64,000 nucleotides of DNA. It comes from an uncultured Chloroflexia bacterium (GTDB lineage Bacteria; Chloroflexota; Limnocylindria; Limnocylindrales; CSP1-4). The position numbers were made by a program, and so were the translations under genes. The stretch covers positions 64,001 to 128,000 of the forward strand of contig CAVVNQ010000006.1 of NCBI GenBank assembly GCA_963749705.1, in the 5' to 3' direction. Each line of letters starts with the position of its first letter. Within the stretch, counting starts at the first letter, position 1. Shown here piece after piece: positions 1 through 10,371 of this stretch. The notes beneath the pieces were generated by a model, which was not told the origin of the DNA, searched no databases, and was given only the letters and a program-made list of their open reading frames with translations.

Positions 1-1169
1 AAGATCCCTGCCGCGTGGCCGGCGATCGCGACCACATCGCCCACCCGGAGCCGCACAACGTCGTCGACGCGCGGCCCGAACAGACCGGCATCGATGGCCT
101 CGTCTCGGCCGAGCACGATCCATCCCCCGTCCAGGCCGTGTCGCCACGCGTCCAGGACCTCGGCCTCACGACCCGGCTGCGCATGGACGTGCCGCGCCCG
201 TGGATCACCGCTGAGCGCCGCCACGCCGTCGGACAGATCGTCGCGATCCGCGAGATCGATCCGGGCCGCGGCTGACAGATCGATCGCGCCATGGTCCCCG
301 GTCACGAGGAGCAGCCCGTCGCGCGGCAGCGCTCGGGCGAGACGCGCCGCAACGCGATCGACCTCGCGCAGCGCGTCGCGCCATTCATCGGACGCGACCC
401 CGTGCCGGTGGGCTTCGGTGTCGAGGCGGGCGTCGTACGTGTACACGAGCGTGCGTCCGGAGCGCCTGAGACGATCCGTGACCCGCGCCGCCCGCCCGTC
501 GAGGTCGTCGAAGCCGGCGATCGGGTCGAAGTCGGCGCCCCTGAACGCCGCCCGCGACAGGCCCGACGCGACGTGCTCGGCGAGCGACACGACCGACGCA
601 GCGATCCCCTGCGCCGCGGCGGCTGCGAACAGCGGCTCGTGGGGCTGGAGCACCTCCGGGGGCAGCTGGTCGAGCAGCGACTCGTTCGTTCCGTAGCGCG
701 TCCATGCCAGGCACTCGAGCACGTCGGGGACCGGCGGCACGCGCATCGTGAACCCGACGATCCCGTGGTCCCCGGGCGGCCGGCCCGTCGCCAGCGAGGA
801 GAGGCTCACCGGCGTGCTCGACGGGAAGCCGGCGTCGAGCTCGATCGAGGTCGGCAGGAGCGACCGCAGGAACGGCGCGGACCTCGGATCCGCCCCAATG
901 AGCAGGTCGAGGCCGAGGCCGTCGATGAGGAACACGCACACGCGGCGCGCCGGCGGCAGCGTGATGGACGACGAGGGGACGATCGCGTGAGAAGCGGTTG
1001 CCCCCGGCGGGAGGGCACTCCCGGGTGGCAGGCCGTTCGCGAGGTCGCTCTCCGGCGTCGCAGCGGCGGCGACGGCACCCATCCCGGCGAGGACCGCCGG
1101 CAGCACGTCGGCCAGCGTGCCGCGGCCCCACGCCGGGACCACGAACGACGCCGCGCCCGAAGGGTTCAC
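1..1169 (-). CDS. Alkaline phosphatase superfamily protein (nucleotide pyrophosphatase/phosphodiesterase type); 3' end runs off the window
   Basis: Not in the ORF track because it has no stop in the window. The minus frame from GTG 1169 reads MNPSGAASFVVPAWGRGTLADVLPAVL...LLVTGDHGAIDL...GDPRARHVH...LFGPRVDD..R.GDVV. The T(G/A)DHG metal motif is typical of this family. Confidence 0.8.
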   Translation of the reverse strand, partial: MNPSGAASFVVPAWGRGTLADVLPAVLAGMGAVAAAATPESDLANGLPPGSALPPGATASHAIVPSSSITLPPARRVCVFLIDGLGLDLLIGADPRSAPFLRSLLPTSIELDAGFPSSTPVSLSSLATGRPPGDHGIVGFTMRVPPVPDVLECLAWTRYGTNESLLDQLPPEVLQPHEPLFAAAAAQGIAASVVSLAEHVASGLSRAAFRGADFDPIAGFDDLDGRAARVTDRLRRSGRTLVYTYDARLDTEAHRHGVASDEWRDALREVDRVAARLARALPRDGLLLVTGDHGAIDLSAAARIDLADRDDLSDGVAALSGDPRARHVHAQPGREAEVLDAWRHGLDGGWIVLGRDEAIDAGLFGPRVDDVVRLRVGDVVAIAGHAAGI

Positions 1170-1179
1170 CGCCGGGCGC

Positions 1180-2241
1180 TCATCGGCCCGATCGACCACC
1201 ACCGAGCGAGGCCAGCAGGCGGTCGGCCGCCGTGTACGGATCCAGCTCGTGGCCGGCGACCTCGGTGATCGCCGCCTCCGTGACCGGAGCCAGCTCCGCG
1301 GAACCGAGCCGCTCCCACAGCCGTTCGACCAGCAGCGCGCGGATCTGTGCCGCAGCGCGCGCTCGCCGCGCTGCCGTGGTCGCGCCCTCGCCACCTGCCG
1401 CCCGATGCCGGTCGAGGGCGACCAGCAGCTCCGGGATCCCGGCGCCGGTCGAGGCCGTGGTGACCAGGACCTCGGGCCGCTTGGGCGTCGGTCGCGCCGG
1501 GTCCGCGTCGGACCGCGCAACGGAGGGAACGAGCATCGCGCGCAGCTGGGCGGCGGTCCGCTGGGCGCCGGGCCGATCGCCCTTGTTGACGACGACCAGG
1601 TCCGCCACCTCGAGCAGCCCCGCCTTGATCGCCTGGACCTCGTCGCCCATCTCGGGCGCCTCGAGCACCACCGTCGTGTCGGCCGCAGCCGCGACCTCGA
1701 CCTCACTCTGACCCGTGCCCACGGTCTCGAGCAGGACGATGTCGAACCCGGCCGCATCGAGGACGGCGGCGGCGGCAGTCGATGTCGACGCCAGCCCCCC
1801 TGCGTGCCCGCGCGATGCCATCGAGCGGATGAACACGCCGTCATCGGCGGCGTACGCCTGCATCCGGACCCGGTCGCCGAGCAGCGCGCCGCCGGTGATC
1901 GGCGACGACGGGTCGACCGCGACGACCGCGGCGGTACGACCCGCACGCCGGAGCTCCGCGATGAGCGCGGCGACGAGCGTTGACTTGCCGGCGCCCGGTG
2001 GACCCGTGATCCCGACCAGGTGCGCCGCCCCGGCCAGCGGGTACAGGCGGCGAAGCGCGTGCTCGGCAACGGGGGTTCGGTTCTCGACCGCCGTCAGCAG
2101 CCTCGCGAGCGCCCGTCGGTCACCGGCCCGGGCGGCATCGGCGAGAGCCGTCGCCCGATCAGCGGCCGCGTCGGCGGCCTCGGCCGCGACCCGGGCGCGA
2201 CCGTCGGCGGCCCGCACGCGGTCCTCCGGTGCGTCGGCCAC
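1180..2241 (-). CDS. meaB: MeaB/ArgK G-protein chaperone of B12-dependent acyl-CoA mutase
   Basis: GITGPPGAGKST P-loop, AVDPSSPITGGALLGDRVRM, ETVGTGQSE, NKGD. Start taken at GTG 2241, overlapping the upstream stop. Confidence 0.93.
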   Translation of the reverse strand: MADAPEDRVRAADGRARVAAEAADAAADRATALADAARAGDRRALARLLTAVENRTPVAEHALRRLYPLAGAAHLVGITGPPGAGKSTLVAALIAELRRAGRTAAVVAVDPSSPITGGALLGDRVRMQAYAADDGVFIRSMASRGHAGGLASTSTAAAAVLDAAGFDIVLLETVGTGQSEVEVAAAADTTVVLEAPEMGDEVQAIKAGLLEVADLVVVNKGDRPGAQRTAAQLRAMLVPSVARSDADPARPTPKRPEVLVTTASTGAGIPELLVALDRHRAAGGEGATTAARRARAAAQIRALLVERLWERLGSAELAPVTEAAITEVAGHELDPYTAADRLLASLGGGRSGR

Positions 2242-2645
2242 TACTCGCGTGGCTTCGCGTTCGCGCGGATGAAGTCGGCCACCTCGCGGATCGTCGTCCC
2301 GGGCCCGAACACCTCGGCCACCCCCGCCTCGCGCAACGCCGGCACGTCGTCGTCGGGGATGATCCCGCCGACCGTCACCAGCACGTCGTCGAGCCCCCGA
2401 TCCCTGAGCTGCGCGCAGACCTTCGGCACGAGCGTCATGTGCGCGCCCGACAGGATCGACAGTCCGACGACGTCGACGTCCTCCTGGAGCGCGGCGGTCA
2501 CGACCATGTCCGGGGTCTGGCGGAGGCCCGTGTAGACGACCTCGAAGCCCTCGTCGCGCAGGCCGCGCGCGAGGACCTTGGCGCCCCGGTCGTGGCCGTC
2601 CAGCCCGGGCTTGGCGATCAGCACCTTGAGCGGTCGGTCGGTCAT
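2241..2645 (-). CDS. Cobalamin-binding small subunit of acyl-CoA mutase (IcmB/McmA2-like)
   Basis: [13 protein letters not shown] (DxHxxG), [21 protein letters not shown] lies 6 nt before the ATG. Confidence 0.95.
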   Translation of the reverse strand: MTDRPLKVLIAKPGLDGHDRGAKVLARGLRDEGFEVVYTGLRQTPDMVVTAALQEDVDVVGLSILSGAHMTLVPKVCAQLRDRGLDDVLVTVGGIIPDDDVPALREAGVAEVFGPGTTIREVADFIRANAKPRE

Positions 2646-2715
2646 GGCTCGATTGTAGGGCGTGGATCGCGTCGCGAGACGATGGGTCGGCGCGTCGGCG
2701 GTGCGTACGGTGCGC

Positions 2716-2984
2716 GGCGCGGCACCCGAGGCCGCCTCCCGCCGAATGCGTGGCGCGGACCCCGAGGCCGCTTCCCCTCTGCATGCGTACCACGCATGGC
2801 CAGCCCCGGTTTCGAGACCGGCATTGCGTCGCCGCCCCAGCCCTCGGCGCCCACGGCCCTGGCATGCGTACCAGGCATGGATCGACATTGCACGCCGGCC
2901 CATCGATCGCGTTGTGGCCGTCGTGCGCACGATGAGGCCGGCGGTCGCCGTCTTCGCGGCCCGGTATGCGTGGCACGCATACCC
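2716..2984. repeat. Intergenic mosaic of short palindromes (ATGCGTACCACGCAT family, 3 copies) plus a direct repeat with a 36-nt period
   Basis: ATGCGTACCACGCAT 2783-2797, ATGCGTACCAGGCAT 2864-2878, inverted ATGCGTGGCACGCAT 2966-2980. GGCGCGG..CCCGAGGCCGC.TCCC at 2716 and 2752. Confidence 0.7.
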
Positions 2985-3030
2985 GCGGAAGAGGAGGATC
3001 GGGGTCGGCCGAGGACGAGGAACAGGGTTC

Positions 3031-3091
3031 GAGCGGACGAGGACGGGCGCCGACGAGCGGACGAGGACGGGCGCCGACGAGCGGACGAGGA
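3031..3091. repeat. 24-bp tandem repeat, about 2.5 copies
   Basis: GAGCGGACGAGGACGGGCGCCGAC at 3031 and 3055, partial copy at 3079. Confidence 0.9.
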
Positions 3092-3125
3092 GCCGCGCGG
3101 AACGGGGACGACGCCGAGGCGAAGG

Positions 3126-3809
3126 TCAGGCGCCGGTCGTCGGCCGGGCGAGGTGCGAGTAGAACTCGGCGCGGGTCTTCTCGTTGCGCCGGAACAGGCC
3201 GAGGACCGCGGCGGTCGTCATCACCGTGCCCGGCTTTCGCACCCCGCGCATCGCCGCACACAGGTGGGTCGCCTCGAGGACGACGCCGACACCCCGGGGC
3301 GCCACGGCGTCCATCAGGAAGTCGGCGACCTGCTGCGTCATCCGCTCCTGGACCTGGAGCCGGCGCGCGTACATCTCGACGATGCGCGGGATCTTGGACA
3401 GCCCGATGACGCGGCCGTTGGGGATGTACGCGACGTGGGCAGCGCCGAAGAACGGCAGCAGATGGTGCTCACACAGCGAGTAGAAGGGGATGTCCTTGAC
3501 GACCACCATCTCCGAGTAGTCAACCTCGAAGATCGCGCTGTTGACGAGTCGGTCCGGGTCGACGTGGTAGCCGGCGGTGAGCTCGAAGTACATCCGGTGC
3601 ATGCGCTCCGGGGTCCCGGCAAGGCCCTCGCGGTCGGGATCCTCGCCGATCTCGGACAGGATCTCGCGCACCGAGGCCTCGATCCGGCCGTTGGTGCCGG
3701 ACCCGGGCGCGGGCCGACCCGGCTCGTCGTCGCCGATCTCGCTCTCGATCTCCTCGACGATGAGGCGGATGTGGTCGGGCAGGTCGCGGATGTCGGGGCG
3801 GTCGGTCAT
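3126..3809 (-). CDS. folE: GTP cyclohydrolase I
   Basis: [36 protein letters not shown]. Confidence 0.96.
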   Translation of the reverse strand: MTDRPDIRDLPDHIRLIVEEIESEIGDDEPGRPAPGSGTNGRIEASVREILSEIGEDPDREGLAGTPERMHRMYFELTAGYHVDPDRLVNSAIFEVDYSEMVVVKDIPFYSLCEHHLLPFFGAAHVAYIPNGRVIGLSKIPRIVEMYARRLQVQERMTQQVADFLMDAVAPRGVGVVLEATHLCAAMRGVRKPGTVMTTAAVLGLFRRNEKTRAEFYSHLARPTTGA

Positions 3810-3923
3810 CGTCGGGCGATGGTAGCGCGCTCGTGGGGATCCCAGCACAGGCGGGCGAGCTGCCCGGCTCGAGCGGGTGAGCTGCACACCTCGCGCGGTG
3901 CCGTGCGAGTACGGCTGCTCGAG

Positions 3924-5027
<1,104 letters not shown>

Positions 5028-5116
5028 CGAGCTCTCCGGGCGGCGGGTGATGCGCCGATGCTAGCGAGACGTCGGGGAGCACGGGCATCGATCCCGGCCC
5101 GCGAGGCCGGTCAGGG

Positions 5117-6085
5117 TCAGCCGGCGACGTCGAGGACCGCGGCCGCCACGTCGGCCGGCCGGTAGCGCATCAGGTTGTGGGCGTCGGACGGGAACGACGC
5201 GACGTGGATCGGTCCGCGACCCGCCGCCACCCGCATCGCGGCCGTCCGGCGCAGCTCGGACAGCCGCGCGTCCACGTTGCCGGCACCCAGCGCGACCAGC
5301 GCGATGACCGGCGCCACGACCTGGGCCAGCACGATCCCGGGCTCGTACTCGAACATCGTCCGGACCATCGCCTCGACGACGTGTGGCCGGACCGCGCGCA
5401 CGACGTGCCCGGCCGCCGTCTCGACCACCGCGTCGCGCGCGGCGCGATCCTGGTCGCCGTCCCAGGTCGCGGCATCGAAGGCTCGCCGGTCCGCGAGGTA
5501 CGCGTCCATCGAGCGCATCACCTCCGGCGGCTCGTCGATCCCCCGCAGAAACTCGTCGACATCGACGTCCAACGTCGTCTCCAGCCGTTCCCAGCCGCCG
5601 TCGACGAGCACGAGGCCGGCGCACCGGTCGCCGAGCGTGAGCGCGGTCGCCGCCGCGACGATCCCCCCGAACCCGTGCCCGGCGATGGTGATCGGCCGCG
5701 AGCCCATGATCCCGGCGCCCTCGGCGACCGCGGTCGCATCGCCGGCCAGCGTCTCGAGGTCGTAGGCCTCCAGCGGCGAATCCGACAGCCCGTGCCCGCG
5801 CAGGTCGGCCACGATCGTGCGGCGGTCAGCGGCCAGGCGTCGGGCAACCGGGGTCCACGACCAGGCGGGCTGGAGCAGGCCGGGCAGGAGGAGCACGCCG
5901 CCGCCCTCGGACGGTCCGGCCCAGTCGAGGAAGTGAAGCCGGACATCGCCGTCCGCGACGACCACGAACCCCTCGGGAACGGCGTCGGGGTCCGCGCCGC
6001 GGGCGCGAGCCGGGTCCGGCGACCACGGGAGAAGCGCTTCGGTTTCGGGCGCGCCGGTCGGATCGACGGCGGGACGGTGACTCAT
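5117..6085 (-). CDS. Alpha/beta hydrolase fold protein with Gly at the nucleophile position (GHGFGG)
   Basis: LLLPGL, DLRGHGLS, AGHGFGG, LVLVDGG, C-terminal HNL. Start MSHRP at 6085. Confidence 0.85.
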   Translation of the reverse strand: MSHRPAVDPTGAPETEALLPWSPDPARARGADPDAVPEGFVVVADGDVRLHFLDWAGPSEGGGVLLLPGLLQPAWSWTPVARRLAADRRTIVADLRGHGLSDSPLEAYDLETLAGDATAVAEGAGIMGSRPITIAGHGFGGIVAAATALTLGDRCAGLVLVDGGWERLETTLDVDVDEFLRGIDEPPEVMRSMDAYLADRRAFDAATWDGDQDRAARDAVVETAAGHVVRAVRPHVVEAMVRTMFEYEPGIVLAQVVAPVIALVALGAGNVDARLSELRRTAAMRVAAGRGPIHVASFPSDAHNLMRYRPADVAAAVLDVAG

Positions 6086-6106
6086 CGCCGCTAGGATACG
6101 GGCGCG

Positions 6107-6526
6107 ATGAGCAAGCGCCGCCGCGGCTCCCGAACCTCGCCCCGCAGGCCGCATCCCGACCGCCACCAGCGCTTCGAGCACCTCGTCGATCGCGCCGTGG
6201 CCGGGATCCCGGCGCCGTTCCGGGCCGCGCTGGATGAGATCGCGCTGGTCATCGCGGACGAACCCAGCCCCGATCAGCTCCGCGAGAACGGCCTGGGGCC
6301 GGACGAGACGCTGTACGGGCTGTACGAAGGCGTCCCCCGGAGCGAGTACGGGGCCGACTGGGCGCCGTTCCCGAACCGGATCCTGATCTTCCGGCTGCCG
6401 CTGGAGGAGGACTTTCCCGACCCGGACGACATCGCGGACGAGGTCCGGATCACGATCCTCCACGAGCTCGCGCACCACCTCGGCATCGAGGACGAGGATC
6501 GCCTGGAGGAGCTCGGGATCGACTGA
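6107..6526 (+). CDS. Zincin-like metallopeptidase (DUF1025-type)
   Basis: LYGLYEGVP, ILIFRLPL, ILHELAHHLGI (HExxH). Confidence 0.9.
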   Translation: MSKRRRGSRTSPRRPHPDRHQRFEHLVDRAVAGIPAPFRAALDEIALVIADEPSPDQLRENGLGPDETLYGLYEGVPRSEYGADWAPFPNRILIFRLPLEEDFPDPDDIADEVRITILHELAHHLGIEDEDRLEELGID

Positions 6527-6607
6527 GCGCCGGTATCGGCGTGCGGCACGGCGGCAAGGCGCGGCACGAATGCCTCCGCCGCGCAACCACCCCCGCGAGC
6601 GAGGCGG

Positions 6608-7795
6608 TCAGGTCGGCAGTGACGCGATCCCGGCGAGCAGCGCGACCAGCGCGATCGCGCCGCCGATCGCGAGCCCGGGCGTGATGTACGGCTCCCAAAC
6701 ATGGTCGGTACGCAGTGGCTCGCGTCGCCCGATCTCGAGCCCCCGCGTGTAGTGCGTCAGTGCGGCGAACGCGTACACCGCCGGCGCCGCGGCGATCGCC
6801 TGGACCAGGAACACGAGGGTGCCCAGCGCGAACACCAGCGCCGCGATCACCAGGATGGCCAGCACGGGCGGGAACGTGTCCGCGAGCCCGGCGCCGGTGG
6901 CCACGCGGACGACCGCGTCCAGCCCCGAACCGAGCCCGAGCACGACGATGAACTGGGACAGGACGCCGAACAGCGTGACCACCACGGCCAGCGCCTTGCG
7001 CGCCCGAACGAGCGCGAACGAGCGGCGGATGGCCGTCCCTACGCCGACCTCGCCGATCACGATCCCGGCGGTGACGTACACGAACGGCGCGCCCACGACG
7101 AGCCCGACGGCAAGGGACAGCCCGAAGTCGATGTCATACACGGACCCGATGCTCGCGTCCACGACCGTGCTGACGATCAACGACGCGACCGAGGTCACGA
7201 TGCCGGTGATGACGCTTGCCCCCAGCACGCGCCAGAAGCGCCGGCGCACGATCGCGATCGACTCGGCGAGCCGGAGCGGCCGTCCCTCGGCCCGGCCGCC
7301 GATGACCGTGGTGGCGAGGGCCGTCGCCTCCACGCTCGCGACGAAGTAGCCGAGCACCGCGGGGAACGCCGCGAGGTACAGCCAGCCGACCCATGGCCCG
7401 GGCTGGACGTAGGGCGACGGGTACTCGAACCACACGAACGCCGTGTCGCCCAGCGTGAGCCACGCGAGAGCGATCAGCGTGATCGCCGGGGCGACGGTCA
7501 TCAGCATCAGCAGGCCGATGTAGAAGGACGCCGAGCGCAGCCCCGAATCGGACCGGGTCAGCAGGTCCAGGGCCATCGCCACGAGCTTGCGGGTGCCCAG
7601 CGGGATGGCGAGGACGGCGTCGGTGACGGGCGGCAGCGCGGGCTGGAGGAATACCGGCGGGGAACCGGGTGGCGGTGGCGGTGGCGGAAGGATCGGGCCC
7701 ACGAAGCTGCCGTCGAACCGGAGCTCCGGGTGGGCAGGCGAGGACGGTGGTGGTGGCGGGGGGGTCGGGATGTCCACGTGTGTCTCGCGCGTCAC
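6608..7795 (-). CDS. Multi-pass membrane protein with Pro-rich N-terminus
   Basis: Poly-Pro N-terminus and about 7 hydrophobic segments. GTGA overlap with the upstream stop at 7792-7795. Confidence 0.75.
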   Translation of the reverse strand: MTRETHVDIPTPPPPPPSSPAHPELRFDGSFVGPILPPPPPPPGSPPVFLQPALPPVTDAVLAIPLGTRKLVAMALDLLTRSDSGLRSASFYIGLLMLMTVAPAITLIALAWLTLGDTAFVWFEYPSPYVQPGPWVGWLYLAAFPAVLGYFVASVEATALATTVIGGRAEGRPLRLAESIAIVRRRFWRVLGASVITGIVTSVASLIVSTVVDASIGSVYDIDFGLSLAVGLVVGAPFVYVTAGIVIGEVGVGTAIRRSFALVRARKALAVVVTLFGVLSQFIVVLGLGSGLDAVVRVATGAGLADTFPPVLAILVIAALVFALGTLVFLVQAIAAAPAVYAFAALTHYTRGLEIGRREPLRTDHVWEPYITPGLAIGGAIALVALLAGIASLPT

Positions 7796-8811
7796 CGGCG
7801 CCGGCCCGGCAATGGACCGGCCTCCGCCAGCAGCGTGCCCAGGCCCTCGACGGCGACGTTCCCGCCCGAGAGGATGACGCACACGCGATCCCCGTCGCGG
7901 ATCGGCACCGCGCCCGTGAGCACGGCCGCAAGCGCGGCTGCCCCGGCCGGCTCGACGACCTGCTTGAGACGCTCAACCGCGAAGCGCATGCCGGCGAGGA
8001 TCGTCGCGTCCTCGATCAGGACCACGTCCTCGACATAGCGTTGCGCGACCGCCAGCGCCAGCCGCCCCGCTGTCGGCGCACCGAGCCCGTCGGCGACGCT
8101 CACGGGCGTGATCCGGACGGGCTCGCCCGCGTCGAGACCCTTGCGCATCGCGTTCGATCCGACCGGCTCGACGCCGAACACCCGGATCGATGGCCGGCTC
8201 TCCTTGAGCGCGACGGTCACGCCGCCCAGCAGACCGCCGCCGCCCACCCCGACGACCACGACATCGACGTCCGGCAGGTCCTCGAGGATCTCCAGCCCGC
8301 AGGATCCGTTGCCGATCAGGACCTCGGGGTCGTCGTACGGGTGGACGAGCGTCAGCCCCCGCTCCTCGCGCAGGCGCTCGAGGTGGACCAGCGATTCGCC
8401 GACGTGGGCGCCGCGGAGCACGACCTCGGCGCCGTATTCCAGGCAGGCCGCGATCTTCGACCCGACGGCCCCCTCGGGCATGACGACCGTGACCGGGACG
8501 CCCGCCTCGCGCCCGGCCCACGCGTAGGCCTGTCCGGCATTGCCGGCGGAGATCGTGATCGCCCCGCGCTTGCGCTCCGCGGCCGTGAGCGACCGGATCC
8601 GCGCCAGCGCCGCCCGCGGCTTGAACGAGCCGGTCTTCTGGAGGTGCTCGGCCTTGAGGTACAGCCGGCTGTCCCCCAGCCGGTGACCGAGGGCGGCGCC
8701 CGCCATCCGTGCCGCCGTCGCCGATGACAGCATCGGCGTGTGATGGATCCGGCCGCGCAGCAGCGCGCGGGTCTCGCGGATGGCGGCGAGGGTCACGGGC
8801 TGGTCGCGCAC
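7792..8811 (-). CDS. PLP-dependent threonine/serine dehydratase (or serine racemase) family
   Basis: LYLKAEHLQKTGSFKPR, SAGN, VGVGGGGL, VEPAGAA, ILSGGN. Confidence 0.9.
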   Translation of the reverse strand: MRDQPVTLAAIRETRALLRGRIHHTPMLSSATAARMAGAALGHRLGDSRLYLKAEHLQKTGSFKPRAALARIRSLTAAERKRGAITISAGNAGQAYAWAGREAGVPVTVVMPEGAVGSKIAACLEYGAEVVLRGAHVGESLVHLERLREERGLTLVHPYDDPEVLIGNGSCGLEILEDLPDVDVVVVGVGGGGLLGGVTVALKESRPSIRVFGVEPVGSNAMRKGLDAGEPVRITPVSVADGLGAPTAGRLALAVAQRYVEDVVLIEDATILAGMRFAVERLKQVVEPAGAAALAAVLTGAVPIRDGDRVCVILSGGNVAVEGLGTLLAEAGPLPGRRR

Positions 8812-8922
8812 GATCGGGAGTATGCCGCCGCGGGCCGCCGCCCCGCTCCGGTTTCTCGAGCCCGAACCGCCGCCGACGCCCGCGCCATCTCCGCCGACAC
8901 CGGACCTCATCGTCCACGATGC

Positions 8923-8959
8923 ACTTGCGTTCTTGCGCAACTAGTGACAGACTTCGGGC
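8923..8959 (+). promoter_or_regulatory. Sigma70-like promoter (TTGCGT-17-CAGACT) with overlapping TTGCG-N6-CGCAA palindrome; probable ArsR operator, leaderless start
   Basis: -35 at 8925-8930, -10 at 8948-8953, GTG 6 nt later. Inverted repeat at 8925-8940. Confidence 0.5.
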
Positions 8960-9256
8960 GTGATCGACATCGACGCAGACCGGGAAACCGAACGACAGCG
9001 GTCCGCCGCCGTCGCCAGGGCGCTCGGTGACCCCAAGCGGCTGTGCGTCCTCGAGTCCCTCGCCGGTGGCGAGGCCTCGGTGGGCGAGCTCGCCACGCGG
9101 GTCAGCTGCCAGGTGCCGAACATGAGCCAGCATCTCGCTGTGCTCCGGTCGGCCGGCCTCGTCACGACCCGTCGTGACGGGAACACGGTCTACTACCGCC
9201 TTGCCGATCCTCGGGTCGTCGAGGCCTACCAGCTACTACATACGCTCGCCCGCTGA
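8960..9256 (+). CDS. ArsR/SmtB family transcriptional regulator
   Basis: ALGDPKRL, SVGELA, MSQHLAVLRSAGLV..RRDGNTVYYRL. Confidence 0.92.
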   Translation: MIDIDADRETERQRSAAVARALGDPKRLCVLESLAGGEASVGELATRVSCQVPNMSQHLAVLRSAGLVTTRRDGNTVYYRLADPRVVEAYQLLHTLAR

Positions 9257-9302
9257 CCGGGTCGGGATGTCCCACCGTCCGGTGGGAGAAAGGAGCCGCC
9301 GC

Positions 9303-9653
9303 GTGGCGGAGATCAAGCAGGCGACCGACGACACCTTCGAGGCGTTGGTCCTGAACAACGACAAGCCGGTCGTGGTCGACTTCTGGGCCACCTGGTGCGG
9401 GCCCTGCAAGATGGTCGCGCCCGAGATGGTCAAGCTCGCCGAGAAGTACGACGGCGTGGTGGACGTCGTCAAGGTCGATGTCGATGCCAACCCGCGGCTG
9501 TCGCAGGCGTTCGGGATCATGAGCATCCCCACCATCGCGTACTTCAAGCCCGGCGCGCAGCCGCAGGGCGTGGTCGGCTTCCGGCCCCTCGAGCAGCTCG
9601 AGACCGCGTTCGGGCTCACCAGCCTCGCGGCGACCCCCAAGGCCACGGCCTAG
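9303..9653 (+). CDS. trxA: Thioredoxin
   Basis: VDFWATWCGPCK, IMSIPT. SD GAAAGGAG precedes GTG 9303. Confidence 0.95.
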   Translation: MAEIKQATDDTFEALVLNNDKPVVVDFWATWCGPCKMVAPEMVKLAEKYDGVVDVVKVDVDANPRLSQAFGIMSIPTIAYFKPGAQPQGVVGFRPLEQLETAFGLTSLAATPKATA

Positions 9654-9696
9654 ACGGGCTCGCCGGGGACCAACCCGGCGTCGTTCCAACGGCACG

Positions 9697-9727
9697 CGAC
9701 CCCGGTCATCGACCGGGGTCGTTTCGT
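9697..9727 (+). terminator. Probable intrinsic terminator after trxA
   Basis: CGACCCCGGTC-ATC-GACCGGGGTCG followed by TTTCGT. Confidence 0.7.
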
Positions 9728-9782
9728 GCGCGCTGCTCGCCGCCCCGCCCTGCCCCACCCGGCCCCGACTCACCCCCGCCCC

Positions 9783-9893
9783 GACTCACCGGGTGCATCA
9801 ATAGCGTGCCCAGCGTGGCGGCTCCGGGCCAGATCGACGCGAGATCACCGCGAAACCCGTGTCCCGGGACCGTGGTGATGCGCTGCGTGAGTC
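9783..9893. repeat. 111-bp dispersed element with terminal inverted repeats (REPIN/MITE-like), copy 1
   Basis: GACTCACCGGGTGCATCA...TGATGCGCTGCGTGAGTC. Aligns without gaps to 20500-20610. Confidence 0.75.
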
Positions 9894-9942
9894 AAGGTGG
9901 TGGAGGCGGCCGCGGATCGCCCGCGGATCGCCCGCGCCAGCG

Positions 9943-10371
9943 CTACGTCGCGCGCCCGACCGCCCTGCGGTGCGCGCTGCGAACCCACGCCTCCGCGCGA
10001 TCCAGGGCGAACCGATCGATATCCTCGGGCGTGAACGCGATCCAGCCGTCGCCACGTGTCGAGCGCAACGTGTTCGCCGTGCGGAGCGCAGCCGCACCGA
10101 TGGGCGGGTCGAGCGATACCTCCAGCACGTCCTGCATCAGCACCGCGAACGCCGTGCCGCCCGCGACGTACGTCACCGACTCGCCGTCGCGCCGTCGCTC
10201 CACCCCGTCCAGGTCTGCGATGACGGCCTCGACCCGCTCATCCAGCGACTCGTCGGCCTCGGCCAACGCCTCGGCCGCCGCCGCGGCCTCCTCCGATGCA
10301 TCGAGCGGGCGGTCATCGTCTTCGCCGTCGTCGTCCGGATCGAAATGGCCGTTGCCGGACACGTCGGTCAC
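9943..10371 (-). CDS. Hypothetical protein with acidic N-terminus
   Basis: Protein-like composition; GTGA coupling to the upstream gene. Confidence 0.7.
   Translation of the reverse strand: MTDVSGNGHFDPDDDGEDDDRPLDASEEAAAAAEALAEADESLDERVEAVIADLDGVERRRDGESVTYVAGGTAFAVLMQDVLEVSLDPPIGAAALRTANTLRSTRGDGWIAFTPEDIDRFALDRAEAWVRSAHRRAVGRAT

Noticed and set aside
2700-3095. Possible CRISPR array
   Set aside because: Repeats are only 15 bp, irregularly spaced and partly inverted; the 24-mers have no spacers; no cas genes.
1180-3261. 693-aa ORF suggesting a large N-terminal fusion to MeaB (IcmF-like)
   Set aside because: The upstream part is out of frame with the real B12-binding gene and runs through repeats. 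MeaB homology starts only near 2241.
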